A DNA stretch of 63,789 nt, the filler included, from Octopus bimaculoides (lineage: Eukaryota): NCBI RefSeq assembly GCF_001194135.2. It is 7 parts of 5 records of this genome, joined end to end, with 100 filler letters (N's around TTAATTAATTAA, not from the genome) between each part and the next. Parts side by side here need not be neighbours in the genome. Positions count along the whole stretch, not along the records: positions 48,648 to 51,615 come from NC_069004.1; positions 51,716 to 61,729 come from NC_068983.1; positions 61,830 to 63,789 come from NW_026413478.1; 4 more parts are not named here. One strand, 5' to 3'. How positions within the stretch are numbered: position 1 is the stretch's first letter; each line of letters begins with the position of its first letter. Shown piece by piece: positions 50,876-62,935 of the stretch. Both the position numbers and the translations under genes were made by a program. Below the pieces are notes generated by a model. It searched no databases. It saw only the letters and a program-made list of their open reading frames with translations, and was not told where the DNA came from.

Positions 50876-51565
50876 TCTACTAATTAACCAATGAAGACGC
50901 CATTACAAATGGCTTTCGGTCATGGTACGTTTAACCTTACTATTTTTTTTATTAATTAATTTTAATAATTTATTAAAATCAAACTAACAATTGAACAAAA
51001 GACATTAGTTCAACTTGGTGATAATGTTGCTCTTATTACCCAACACTATCATCATAATAGTTGTCCAATATTAGTGAAAAACATCGAGTTTGTTGTTTTC
51101 CTTCTATGTTTTAGATATTTTGAAATCAAGACTCATGGCTTAGCGACCATGTGGTTTGGGTTTCAGTTCTACTGCGCAGCATCTTGGGGCAAATGTTTTC
51201 CATTATAGTCCCAAGCAAACTAATGTCTTTTGAATGAACTTTGTAGACAGAAACTGTATGAAAGCTCATCGTAAACACGTAGTGCAGGATAAACATGTAA
51301 GAAATTCTCTTCAGACAGTAAAGTCAAATTATTTGATCCTCCGTCTGAGGAATATCGGATAGGAAATTTCCTACATGTTTTATCCAACATGTACAACATA
51401 CTTATCCAGTGAAGTACAGCTTAATTGCTTCTCTGAAATGATTCTGACCATTTCCTATCATTTTATGTGGTTAGCCACATTTGGATTGTATCAGAGTGAT
51501 CATAATGTACCTGCCCGGGTTTAAAATCACCACTCCTTAAAGTTACACACGCACACACAAACACC

Positions 51566-51615
<50 letters not shown>

Positions 51616-51659
51616 NNNNNNNNNNNNNNNNNNNNNNNNNNNNNNNNNNNNNNNNNNNN

Positions 51660-51671
51660 TTAATTAATTAA
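51660..51671. other. Artificial linker TTAATTAATTAA
   Basis: 44 N on either side. Confidence 0.9.
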
Positions 51672-51715
51672 NNNNNNNNNNNNNNNNNNNNNNNNNNNNN
51701 NNNNNNNNNNNNNNN

Positions 51716-52021
51716 TTCTATCCCAAGTTTCCTCATTGACCACCAGATAAGGGATCGGGGGACCCTGTCAAAGGCTTTCTCCATGTCAACGAAAGCCAGG
51801 TACAGAGGTTTATCCTTGGCTAGGTATTTCTCTTGCAACTGTCTCACTAGAAATAAGGCATCAGTAGTGCTTTTACCTGGCACGAACCCAAACTGCATCT
51901 CATCTAAATTGATTCGCTCCCTAATTAGTTGGGCTATGACCCTCTCTGTAACTTTCATAACCTGATCTAACAGCTTGATGCCTCTGTAATTATTTGTATC
52001 TAAAGCGTCCCCTTTACCTTT
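51716..52021 (-). mobile_element. RTE-clade LINE RT fragment (open frame, cut by the segment end)
   Basis: KGKGDALDTNNYRGIKLLDQVMKVTERV...QFGFVPGKSTTDALF...FVDMEKAFDRVPR. Confidence 0.88.
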
Positions 52022-52264
52022 TCAAAAATATAATTTGTTTGTACTGTAAGTATTTATATTTTAGCTTTCTTTAAACAGACAATATTTCAATGTTTTTAAA
52101 ATTATTTTCAAGTGAATACCATAACAAAAATTTTTTTTGGCATATCTAAAATATAATCTAAAGTGAAAATGACTTTAAAAATATGGTAAATATTTCATAA
52201 ATGACCCATTCATAATCTCAGTGTGAAAGTTTTTTTCCATAGGCTTTGTTTTTTTGTGCATTCA

Positions 52265-52520
52265 ACGTATCTCATCTCCAAAGATATGATTGCTATTTCT
52301 AGCACACCCTGCTAACATGTATCCGCTATTTGTGATAAAGGACCTGAAATACCTGTTATGTGGTAGCAGGGTGTGCAAGAAATAACAGCCAAATCTTTCC
52401 TTTTCTGGAGAAAGGAACTGTTTACACATGATTTTGCTGTCACATTCATTGAAAGCATGCAAAATTACCTGGAAAAGAAAAAAAACCCATGAAACAAAGC
52501 TCCATTGCTTGGAAACTGAA
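52265..52520 (+). mobile_element. Tigger/pogo DDE transposase remnant
   Basis: Plus frame IPVMW*QGVQEITAKSFLFWRKELFTHDFAVTFIESMQNYLEKKKNP*NKAPLLGN resembles the pogo motif LPV.W..N.KAW.T..F...YL..K.LP.KALLL.DN. Confidence 0.5.
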
Positions 52521-52765
52521 AGTTTCCCGGTGACCCAAAGGGTTATAGGTAGTCTAGTATATATATATGATGACAGGCTTTTATCAGTATCTTATTTCTT
52601 TATTGCCCACAAGGGGCTAAACATAGAGGGGACAAACAAATGGATTAAGTCGATTATATCGGCAAGTGTCTTCTACTATATCCTCGGGATGACCAAAGCC
52701 TTGAGTGGATTTGGTAGACGGAAACTAAAAGTAGCCTGTCATATATATATATGTACATGTGTATG

Positions 52766-52798
<33 letters not shown>

Positions 52799-52914
52799 CT
52801 TTGTGTCAGTGTTTGTCCGCCACCACCACTTGACATCCAGCGCTGGTGTATTTACATCCCTATAATTTAGTACTGACTGAAACAAGTAAAAGACAATAGG
52901 TAAAAGAAGACAAA

Positions 52915-53050
52915 AGACATATTATACCCATAATTATTGAAACAATTGAATATGTAACCAACTGCCTCAACACCAATTTGGAGAAATCAGGGTTCTCAAA
53001 ACCAGAAAAGGGAAAGCTAATTAGAAGACTACTAGTACAACTTCCCAAAA
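52915..53050 (+). mobile_element. R4/Dong-like LINE C-terminal remnant
   Basis: IIPIIIETIEYVTNCLNTNLEKSGFSKPEKGKLIRRL. Confidence 0.45.
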
Positions 53051-53805
53051 GTTTAGCATATTAGTACATATGCACATGTCTAGGTATGCAAACTGTATGT
53101 GTGAGTAGACATACATAAACCAAAATATACAAGTCTGCACATGTACTGATGTCAAATGCTTGCATGTAACACACATACATATACAATTGCCATGTTGATA
53201 TTGTTGAAATTCTAATGAAGGAACCATAGATCTAGGGTCACACCAACTCTTTCTCCACTAGTGAGAAATCTAGAAATAAAACTAAATAATAGCATACATA
53301 GTATGTACTACTACTACTACTACACACAAACATTCATATGAGTATCATAGTTTACTTGAAGCATTATGATATTAAAAAAAACCAAAGAAATAGTGGGAAG
53401 AGCATCTTAAAATGCAAAGTGGAACTTAATAACTCATTAATTCACAGGAATTGATAAATTATTATTTTTCTTTGCATTGTGAAAATATTGCTTTATTTGT
53501 TTTCATCTATATATTGTCATCGTTTTACCATCCATTTTTCTATGCTTGCATGTGTTGGATGAAGTTTATTGAGACAGATTTTGTACAGTTGTATGCCCTT
53601 CCTGTTGCCAACTCTCACCTGTTTCCAAGCAACATAATATTTCCCCATGACCAGACATGCTTTCTCAAAATATTGGAAATAAATGACAATGTTTGCATGC
53701 TTGATAGTTGTAAATGAGTTTCACTATCAATGTCAAAACAAGATGTAAATGGACATACATGCACACACGTGTGTGAATGAGTGTATATATGTAAATAAAA
53801 CAATT

Positions 53806-53968
53806 ATATGTTGGTCTTCCATACAGTCTCCATCTACCAAATTCATTCACAAAGCTTTGTCCAGACCAGGCTGTAGAAGACACTTGCCCAAGGTGCCATT
53901 CTGTGGGACTGAATCTAAAGTCACATGGTTACAAAGTGAACTTCTTAACCATACAGCTATGCTTCCAC
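53806..53968 (-). mobile_element. SINE family A 5' half, intronic
   Basis: CTACCAAATTCATTCACAAAGC...GACACTTGCCCAAGGTGCC is the reverse core. Confidence 0.75.
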
Positions 53969-54178
53969 CTACCCATACACACACACACACATGCACACAC
54001 ACACACTCACATAGACACACACATACACACACACAGCAAAGTGAACTTCTCAATCACACAGCAATTTCTGCTCATTAATATATTACTATAACATCTATGA
54101 GAAATACGGATAAAATTTAAGAATATACTGTATCACTAAATTGATTATTTTCTATTAAGCTTTCTTTACTCTTTCCAG

Positions 54179-54292
54179 AATGATAATGTTGGTGCTCTCT
54201 ATGGAATGGCCACCGCTTACATGGTTCAGAAGCAAGTCCCCAAAGCTAGGAATCAACTAAAACGTATTGCGAAATTAAACTGGGCTTGTGAG
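54179..54292 (+). CDS. TTC21B: TTC21B/IFT139 (IFT-A TPR protein) internal exon, 114 nt, phase 0-0
   Basis: CCAG|...GAG|GTGAGT; [38 protein letters not shown] matches vertebrate [25 protein letters not shown]. Confidence 0.93.
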
Positions 54293-54447
54293 GTGAGTAG
54301 TGTACTTTAAATATCACCTTTTAAAAGATGCTGGAGTTGTTCAGAGGATTTGCATGTTATTTCACTCTAGGTCAGTCCTGATTGAATAGACCTATGACAG
54401 AAAACACTCCAGCTGTGACCCTTCCATTTTTTTTTTCAGACATATAT

Positions 54448-54774
54448 GTAGGCATGGATGTGTGGTAAGAAGTTTGCTTCGAAACCACATGGTTCTGGGT
54501 TCAGTCCCACTGCATGGAACCTTGGGCAAGTATCTTCTATAACCTCAGGCCAACTAAAACATTATGAGTAGATTTGATAGGCAGAAACTGAAAAGAAGCC
54601 TATCATATACATATGTGTGTGTGTGTGTGTGAGTGTCTGTTTGCTCACCTCCACCACTTGACAACCAGCACTGGTGTATTATGTCCCTGTACTGGGGTCA
54701 ATTCATATGACTAAAATTCTTCAAGGTGCGGCTCCAACATAGCCACAGTCTAATGACTGAAACAAATATAAAAG
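54448..54774 (+). mobile_element. SINE family A, intronic
   Basis: GTAGGCATGGATGTGTGGTAAGAAG...GGGTTCAGTCCCACTG...GACTGAAACAAA. Confidence 0.8.
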
Positions 54775-54779
54775 CTAAG

Positions 54780-54995
54780 TTACTGGGACATAAACAAACC
54801 AACACCAGTCATCAAGCAGTAGTTAGAAGCAAAAGCACTCAGACATATATATACTACAGGCTTCTTTCACATGGCTTTGGTCAGCCTAGGGCTCTAGTAG
54901 AAGGCATTTTCCTGAGGTGCTGCTGCACATTGAAACTAAACCCAAAGCCTCATGGTTGGGAAGCAAGCTTCTTGTCCACACAGCTATGCCTATAC
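54780..54995 (-). mobile_element. SINE family A, diverged, tail-to-tail with the 54448 copy
   Basis: GGGACATAAACAAACCAACACCAG...GGTTGGGAAGCAAGCTT..CCACACAGC. Confidence 0.7.
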
Positions 54996-55288
54996 CTATA
55001 TGTATGCCCTTAATATAATTCTCAGGTTGAATCAGTATGTCATGGCACATGATAAGACTCTACCATTTAAATTACAAGTACAAACTACCTGACAGGCTTT
55101 CAGACAGTTTTTGTCTACAAAATTTCATTTACAAGGTATGTTTTTGATCTGAAGCTATTGAAAATGCCATTTGTGTAAGGTGTTGCTCAGTGGAATCAAA
55201 CCTAGGGTGTTGTTGTAAAGTGGATGTCTTAGCTATTCCATTCTTCTTATATGCAATCCTCAATGTATATCGTGTTTTCTAATTACAG

Positions 55289-55342
55289 AATGCTGAAATT
55301 ATGGAAAAAAGCTGGCTTCTTCTAGCAGATATTCATATTCAG
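55289..55342 (+). CDS. TTC21B: TTC21B exon, 54 nt, phase 0-0
   Basis: TTACAG|...CAG|GTATCA; NAEIMEKSWLLLADIHIQ. Confidence 0.93.
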
Positions 55343-55903
55343 GTATCACTTTTGTTTATAACTTATAATGATAAACTTCTGCTTGATGAACTAACTGGCT
55401 CACTATTCTGGAATGTAAATGTATAACCATTTGTGTGTGATTAAAAACTGCAGTTTGTGGTGCAGTCTACTGCATCTAGGGTGATAGTAACTCGGAATAT
55501 GAACTGATACTGGCTAGAGGAAACTATTCAATCCTACTTGCTTACAAGAACCTCTCAAGTGCTGGAGGCATAATAAAATTCTTGCAGTGCACTCTGTAAA
55601 GTAGTTGAGAATAGGAAATGCATCCAGTCATGGACATCACGTCAAATTTGGAATGTACAAGCAAGACACGGGGAGCAATAACACCAAATAAAAACTGAGA
55701 TAAATGGTTTAAACCTACCTGACCACTATGAGAAAATAGACCCAAAAACAAGCAGTGGCAGCAACAAGAAGGAGGTAGATGAGAATGGGGTGGCGGGTAA
55801 TTTGAAGTACACCTTATATATCTATGGCATGTTTTTTTTTTTGTGTGACATTAATTCTTTATTTTTATTTTCTTACTGCAATGTTCAATATTCCTTTTTT
55901 CAG

Positions 55904-55960
55904 TCTGGCAAATATGATATGGCTCAAGAGTTACTGAAGAAATGTTTGACCCATAATAAA
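55904..55960 (+). CDS. TTC21B: TTC21B exon, 57 nt, phase 0-0
   Basis: TTTTTCAG|...AAA|GTAAAT; SGKYDMAQELLKKCLTHNK. Confidence 0.93.
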
Positions 55961-57982
55961 GTAAATTATCTTTGGTCATTGATCATTTTTATTTATATAC
56001 ATGTATGTGTGTGCTCATATTTATATATGTGTATACAAGAGGTTTTATGAACGTATGTTTCTATTAATGTGTGTGGGTGAGTAATTTGTGTTTGTGTATT
56101 AACAGACATTAAAGTAAACTATTTTCATGGGTTTTATTATTTTGAGGAGATGAGTTCTACTGGGTTTTTACCATAGCTCAACCTTTTCACAGAGCTAGTC
56201 TTGAGTCAATCAAAAGAGGGCACTTGGCATCTGAATATTGTCAAGTGCTCACAGCTCTCAACCAGTCAAACAAAGTCAGTAAAAGTTCCACTTTGCTGTT
56301 ATATTGAAGACTAGTGGTGAGCAAGAATAAGAACATTCTCGGGGAGATGCTGAGCATTTACAAACATCAATTGGATAGTCTATTCTAAAAGACTTTAAAG
56401 ATAGGGTTCATGAATGACTTCTAGAAATCTCTGACCTGGCAGGTTTTTAGAAGGATGAAAATGTATTAGCAAAGGATTCAACTAAGTTAATATAGAAGCA
56501 AACATTAACTGATATTAAGAAGAGTGTTATCTTCTATAATGCATAGAGCATTTAATGTTAAATAATTATGTGGTGAGGGAATATGATCTTAGTGAATGAG
56601 TGATGATATTCTACTTTTCCTAACCAGTATGGGAGACAACTGTGAATATGTTTTGACTGTATTCTGATCTCACTAACAAAGTATAGTCTCCATTGTACTT
56701 GGTAAAGCGGGAGTGGAAGAATTACTAAATAAATGGACAAGATTGTGCAATGGAAGGGCCTAGTTAGAGGTGCAAGGATCTCTAAAAGTAGCTGAAGATG
56801 TTAAGTGAAGCCAAAGCTATTAATCATGCAGATAACCTTTTTAATCGGAAGGAATTCTATATTTTCATAATGGAATTAAGTTTACCATTTTTCCGTTGCA
56901 GGACACACATTCTATAATTATAATAGTTACATTTGGACTTTAGAAAAGATTACTTACTGCTTAGACCCAATCTTGTATGTAACATTATTTAGCCAGTGAA
57001 TAGCTTATTCATTGGAACTTATATTACTTGTTAGATTATCTATAATCAAGTCTGATACCTTATTTTTGCTTCATTCGAAAGCCATCAGTAGTTTTTGTAG
57101 AAATATTTTATCTTTTGATACCANNNNNNNNNNNNNNNNNNNNNNNNNNNNNNNNNNNNNNNNNNNNNNNNNNNNNNNNNNNNNNNNNNNNNNNNNNNNN
57201 NNNNNNNNNNNNNNNNNNNNNNNNNNNNNNNNNNNNNNNNNNNNNNNNNNNNNNNNNNNNNNNNNNNNNNNNNNNNNNNNNNNNNNNNNNNNNNNNNNNN
57301 NNNNNNNNNNNNNNNNNNNNNNNNNNNNNNNNNNNNNNNNNNNNNNNNNNNNNNNNNNNNNNNNNNNNNNNNNNNNNNNNNNNNNNNNNNNNNNNNNNNN
57401 NNNNNNNNNNNNNNNNNNNNNNNNNNNNNNNNNNNNNNNNNNNNNNNNNNNNNNNNNNNNNNNNNNNNNNNNNNNNNNNNNNNNNNNNNNNNNNNNNNNN
57501 NNNNNNNNNNNNNNNNNNNNNNNNNNNNNNNNNNNNNNNNNNNNNNNNNNNNNNNNNNNNNNNNNNNNNNNNNNNNNNNNNNNNNNNNNNNNNNNNNNNN
57601 NNNNNNNNNNNNNNNNNNNNNNNNNNNNNNNNNNNNNNNNNNNNNNNNNNNNNNNNNNNNNNNNNNNNNNNNNNNNNNNNNNNNNNNNNNNNNNNNNNNN
57701 NNNNNNNNNNNNNNNNNNNNNNNNNNNNNNNNNNNNNNNNNNNNNNNNNNNNNNNNNNNNNNNNNNNNNNNNNNNNNNNNNNNNNNNNNNNNNNNNNNNN
57801 NNNNNNNNNNNNNNNNNNNNNNNNNNNNNNNNNNNNNNNNNNNNNNNNNNNNNNNNNNNNNNNNNNNNNGTAAAGAAGGATTGATAGAAACGAGGAGGAA
57901 GGCAGTATTGTTGAATTTTTATAGAATTCTACCGAAAGGAACATGTAGAAAAATCCACAGAGTATGCATTCTCATTCTCCAG

Positions 57983-58103
57983 AGTTGCTGTAAAGCCTAT
58001 GAATATTCTGGTTTCATTATGGAGAAAGAACAGTCCCATAAGGATGCTGCTGAATACTATGAAAAAGCCTGGATCCATGGCAGAAAAAACAACCCAGTCA
58101 TTG
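57983..58103 (+). CDS. TTC21B: TTC21B exon, 121 nt, phase 0-1
   Basis: CTCCAG|...ATTG|GTATGT; SCCKAYEYSGFIMEKEQSHKDAAEYYEKAWIHGRKNNPVI(G). Confidence 0.93.
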
Positions 58104-59043
58104 GTATGTAGTATGTTGCTCTTGATTACATTCAACCATGTGTGTGTAACTGGTTACTATTCTCTCTGCATTTGCATATGTAAATATGTATGCATATATA
58201 TATTTGTGTTCAATCTGTATAATTAATATACAAGTGTCCTTCAATTTGCATACTTTTATGAGTTACTATAGAAATAGAATTAGCATAAAGTGGATAGATA
58301 CATTTTTAATGGTATTGATAAAAAAAATCTATCTATAAGATTTAAGCAATTGTTTATTGAAATGGAGAAAGAAGATATGGTTAATATACATATTTGTGTA
58401 TGTATATGTATGTAATAATAGTTTGGCTGTCATATTTATCTGACAATGACCTCACAGCTACTGAAAAATAAAATAAGTGGAGGGGGAGAGAACGAAGACA
58501 CATGAGTATTGCTCATTTATTTATTCTTCTGTGATCTAGACAACCTTTTTGTGCCACATACTGAAATTCTTTTGTACCAGGGTTGTTGTGTTATGTTTGA
58601 GTTCTGAGCCTCTACTATGAGAGATTTATAAAGATTCAAAATCCTTCAAGTCTCTGATGTTCACTTTCTTCCATGCAGACATGTCTTCCCTTAAATTTGG
58701 GTTGGTTTTGCAGTCTTTCACCGTTGCTTTCAGTGTATATTTGAATCTTTTTCTTGATGTGCCAACATTACATTTTCAATTTGTAAATTCAGAATGGAAG
58801 ATTGGCTTTGGCAGTCTAGAACTTATCAATTTAACATTCCAGCCCAATGCAGTGTGATTTACATAATAGAGGATAGTTTAATTTGCACATCTGTGCACAT
58901 TAATTAATGTATATTTTACATACAGCAGTTATTTTAGATTCCANNNNNNNNNNNNNNNNNNNNNNNNNNNNNNNNNNNNNNNNNNNNNNNNNNNNNNNNN
59001 NNNNNNNNNNNNNNNNNNNNNNNNNNNNNNNNNNNNNNNNNNN

Positions 59044-59317
59044 TAGTTAGTCGTTTGGCAATCTTAGATGGCTTAGTTAGTCGTTTGGCAATCACAGATG
59101 ACTTAGTCGTTTGGCAATCTTAGATGGCTTAGTTAGTCGTTTGGCAATCTTAGATGGCTTAGTTAGTCGTTTGGCAATCTTGAGGTCACAGGTTGGATCC
59201 CATTGCTTGGCATCTCANNNNNNNNNNCTTAGTTAGTCGTTTGGCAATCTTAGATGGCTTAGTTAGTCGTTTGGCAATCTTGAGGTCACAGGTTGGATCC
59301 CATTGCTTGGCATCTCA
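59044..59317 (+). repeat. 30-bp minisatellite running into a tRNA-like SINE head
   Basis: Unit TAGTTAGTCGTTTGGCAATCTTAGATGGCT; part of the block is duplicated across a 10-N gap. Confidence 0.85.
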
Positions 59318-59495
59318 GACAAGAGTCTTTTTGAGGGAAACTTTTTGAGGGAAAAACTGTGATTTAACGGTCGTACGGCTTGGATAATTACTTAAAGGAT
59401 GCTCGTCTAAGCGAAATACACAACCACTTGCACGTTACTTTAACGCGTCGGTAAATCAGTAATATAATGTAGCATCTAATATATTTACACACAGA

Positions 59496-59690
59496 AAGGC
59501 AGCGAGCTGGCAGAAACGTTAACGTGATGGGCAAAACGCAAAGCGGCATTTCGTCTGTCTTTACGTTCTGAGATCAAATTCTTACAGGGTCGATAAAATG
59601 CGTACCAGCTGAGCACTGGAGTCGATATAATCGACTTACGCCCTCCTCCGAAATTGCTGGCCTAAAGCCAAAATTTGTAAACCAGTACAT
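59496..59690 (+). mobile_element. SINE family B
   Basis: AAGGCAGCGAGCTGGCAGAAACGTTAAC...GGGTCGATAAAATGCGTACCAG. Confidence 0.8.
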
Positions 59691-59709
59691 TTACACACAC
59701 ACGCACGCG

Positions 59710-59747
<38 letters not shown>

Positions 59748-60538
59748 CGTGTGTGTGTGTGTTCGAGAGCTCAATTTGTGAAAACCGGTAAAGATAATAC
59801 ATTAGACAATCGAATTCCATCAAGGAAGAATTGTCACAAAGCTTTTTTTTTCTTTTTATCTCAAGTACTTCATTCAATGTTTTTACAACAATCGTCAGAT
59901 AAATCTTCATGCAACAATGATAATATATCCAGGTAAATATTCGCATATTTACATCGCATAATTCACGCCTCAAAAGGAAGAAACACTCTTCTGCACCAAT
60001 ATATTGATATCCTTTCTAAATTCTCATTTCACTAAAATACTAATGTTAATCAAATTGTCACTAATCGAAAAAAATATGCATTTAAATGTCTCCAAAACAC
60101 TAAAATCATAGAGATCAACCATCCAGGTTGATGTCAGTCATAATAGATGCTGATTATTATAGGAACTTAGATGGGGAACAATTGAAAGATATAACTTTTT
60201 ATTTAGAAATATCTGCGACTATACATCGTACCATTACGAAACATCTCAATCAAGTGAGATTTGCTTTGAGAGAAAATACAGCAACTTTTATGGTTTATCG
60301 AAAATACTTAAATGGAACGAAATACAAATGTAGTGACAGCAGAAACTGGTGAATGTATCAAATTGCTGCAAGCAGAAGATCTAGAATATAGATTTAATAT
60401 AGCTGATGCAACAGGTTCAATTCCATCTGACATGTTCCACTCATCGTATGATCAATTCCATCCGGGGTGATTTCTTGCCTTGTCTACCACAAACAACAGA
60501 AATGTATTCGTTGCTGATTAGTTTTGTTATATATATAC

Positions 60539-60585
<47 letters not shown>

Positions 60586-61045
60586 NNNNNNNNNNNNNNN
60601 NNNNNNNNNNNNNNNNNNNNNNNNNNNNNNNNNNNNNNNNNNNNNNNNNNNNNNNNNNNNNNNNNNNNNNNNNNNNNNNNNNNNNNNNNNNNNNNNNNNN
60701 NNNNNNNNNNNNNNNNNNNNNNNNNNNNNNNNNNNNNNNNNNNNNNNNNNNNNNNNNNNNNNNNNNNNNNNNNNNNNNNNNNNNNNNNNNNNNNNNNNNN
60801 NNNNNNNNNNNNNNNNNNNNNNNNNNNNNNNNNNNNNNNNNNNNNNNNNNNNNNNNNNNNNNNNNNNNNNNNNNNNNNNNNNNNNNNNNNNNNNNNNNNN
60901 NNNNNNNNNNNNNNNNNNNNNNNNNNNNNNNNNNNNNNNNNNNNNNNNNNNNNNNNNNNNNNNNNNNNNNNNNNNNNNNNNNNNNNNNNNNNNNNNNNNN
61001 NNNNNNNNNNNNNNNNNNNNNTATGTATATATATGTGTGTGTGTG

Positions 61046-61080
<35 letters not shown>

Positions 61081-61083
<3 letters not shown>

Positions 61084-61265
61084 CGAAAGCGTGACTTTGT
61101 GGAAAGAAGCTTGCTTACCAACCATATGGTTCCGGGTTCAGTCCCACTGCGTGGTACCTTGGGCAAGTGTCTCCTACTATAGCCTCGGGGGCCGATCAAA
61201 GTTTTATGAGTGGATTTGGTAGGCGGAAACTGAAAGAAGCCCATCGTATATATATATCTATATAT
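61081..61265 (+). mobile_element. SINE family A 5' half
   Basis: GGTTCCGGGTTCAGTCCCACTGCGTGGTACCTTGGGCAAGTG. Confidence 0.8.
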
Positions 61266-61269
61266 ATTC

Positions 61270-61614
61270 ATGCATTTGGTGTAGGCCTCCGTGTTGAGTG
61301 TGAGGCCGTATGAGAAGATAAATGGAGGTATAACGTCGCTATCACTAGTGATCATTCCAAGCACCATGATGTAGACAAGATGTTTGATTTTTATCACTCT
61401 CGGTACATGTCCTCTGATTGACGCGAATTCCAAGCAGTACAGCATATCGTTTCAAAGTTTCTGGCAGAGTGAATTGCGTCATGGTGCCGTTTTTCTCACA
61501 GACGGTGCCCAACTGACCCTACAATACTGTGTAGTCGACAAAATTAAAAAACAGACAATGCGCATGCGCGAAATTGAAAATATAAAATGATGACAATTTA
61601 CCCATCGCACCCTG
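61270..61614 (-). mobile_element. Tc1/mariner (maT/DD37D-like) transposon remnant, internally deleted, one TIR
   Basis: Minus translation VPRVIKIKHLVYIMVLGMITSDSDVIPPFIFSYGLTLNTEAY; terminus TA|CAGGGTGCGATGGGTAAATTG on the minus strand. Confidence 0.6.
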
Positions 61615-61773
61615 TATATGTATGTATGGATATACATTATATATTGACATATATACATATATACACAGATACAAATATATATATATTTATTTATTAAAAG
61701 TGGTGAGGGCCGGTTTATGGGATTACCATNNNNNNNNNNNNNNNNNNNNNNNNNNNNNNNNNNNNNNNNNNNN

Positions 61774-61785
61774 TTAATTAATTAA
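61774..61785. other. Artificial linker TTAATTAATTAA
   Basis: 44 N on either side. Confidence 0.9.
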
Positions 61786-62314
61786 NNNNNNNNNNNNNNN
61801 NNNNNNNNNNNNNNNNNNNNNNNNNNNNNTATGTTTCTAGTTTACATTTTAAAACAGTTATTCTATTTTTGTCTAATACTAACAGAATAGTGTAAGCATA
61901 TCTTCTTTTGTGTTCGAGTGTCCATGCATATCTGTTTATGTTTAACTTTTATATATATGTAAAATTTCATCCCACTCACACATTTGGAATGTCAAAACCA
62001 GTCTTTATTTCTTTTGGAAATTACAATTATTTTCTATAAAATCCACAGATGCTGAGAATTATCATTTGATCATTTATCCTTTTGCTATTATATCTAAGAC
62101 AAGATATTTAGGAGAGATGAATGATAAGAACTAAAATGTATCTGGAAGACATTTTAATTTTTAAACCCATGTTACATCATTATTGTTAGCAGTGTATCAT
62201 AACTGAAGACTGGGTTTTGGATCGGCTTATCATATTCTTGGCAATAATAGCTTTGAATTCTCTGATAAAACTTCCTTTGTCTATTGTTAGAATTTATATA
62301 GATATTTCTTTAAT

Positions 62315-62935
62315 ATCAAAAAAGCTAAGAAGTTTGCTTTAGAACCACATGGTTCTAATTTCAATCCTCAACCCAAAACCTTAGGCAAATGTCTTCTTTG
62401 GGTTGGCCTTGGGTTGACCAATGTTTTGTGAGTAGAACTTGGTACAGAGATACTGCGCAGAAGTCCTTTATATATATGTATGTATTCATGTGATTGTATC
62501 TATGTTTACACCAGTTAAAATTGGTGTTGTATTTATGTGGTATACTTTTTTGCATCATACATTTGCAGTTCAGAAAAAGGTGGTTGATAAAATACTGAAA
62601 TAAATACTAGGGTTTATATGATCAACTAAACTTTTGAAGACAGTAGCACCTTAGCAAGGCAGCAGTTAAATGACTAAAATCTGTAAAACATAAAGGAATA
62701 CTAAAAGACAATTTTGTTTCACAACCATATGGTTTCAGGTTTGGTCTAACAGTACTCTACCTTGGGTAAATATTTTCTGCAGCTCTAGGCTGACAAATGT
62801 CATGTGGGGAAATTTGGTAGACAAAAACTGCAAGAAGCTTGTTGCATGCGCAAATGTATGTGCACAAATATGTGTATATATGTACATTCCATGTTGTCAC
62901 TACTTGAGCAAGGTAGTGTTGATGTTGGCATTTCT
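62315..62935 (+). mobile_element. Two tandem diverged SINE family A copies
   Basis: AGAAGTTTGCTTTAGAACCACATGGTTC (about 62330) and ACAACCATATGGTTTCAGG (about 62720). Confidence 0.6.

Noticed and set aside
52262-52470. Apparent minus-strand exon (VILHAFNECDSKIMCKQFLSPEKERFGCYF...) with a strong acceptor, suggesting a nested antisense gene in TTC21B
   Set aside because: The plus strand translates to a decayed Tigger/pogo transposase segment, which better explains the coding-like composition.
59044-59317. CRISPR-like 30-bp repeats
   Set aside because: The units are directly adjacent with no unique spacers, the context is eukaryotic, and there are no cas genes.
60128-60352. 74-aa ORF MMSVIIDADYYRNLDG... 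as the missing TTC21B last exon or a new gene
   Set aside because: It does not resemble the expected GYKLAFNY... terminus and has no clear splice sites; it may be a weak LINE remnant.
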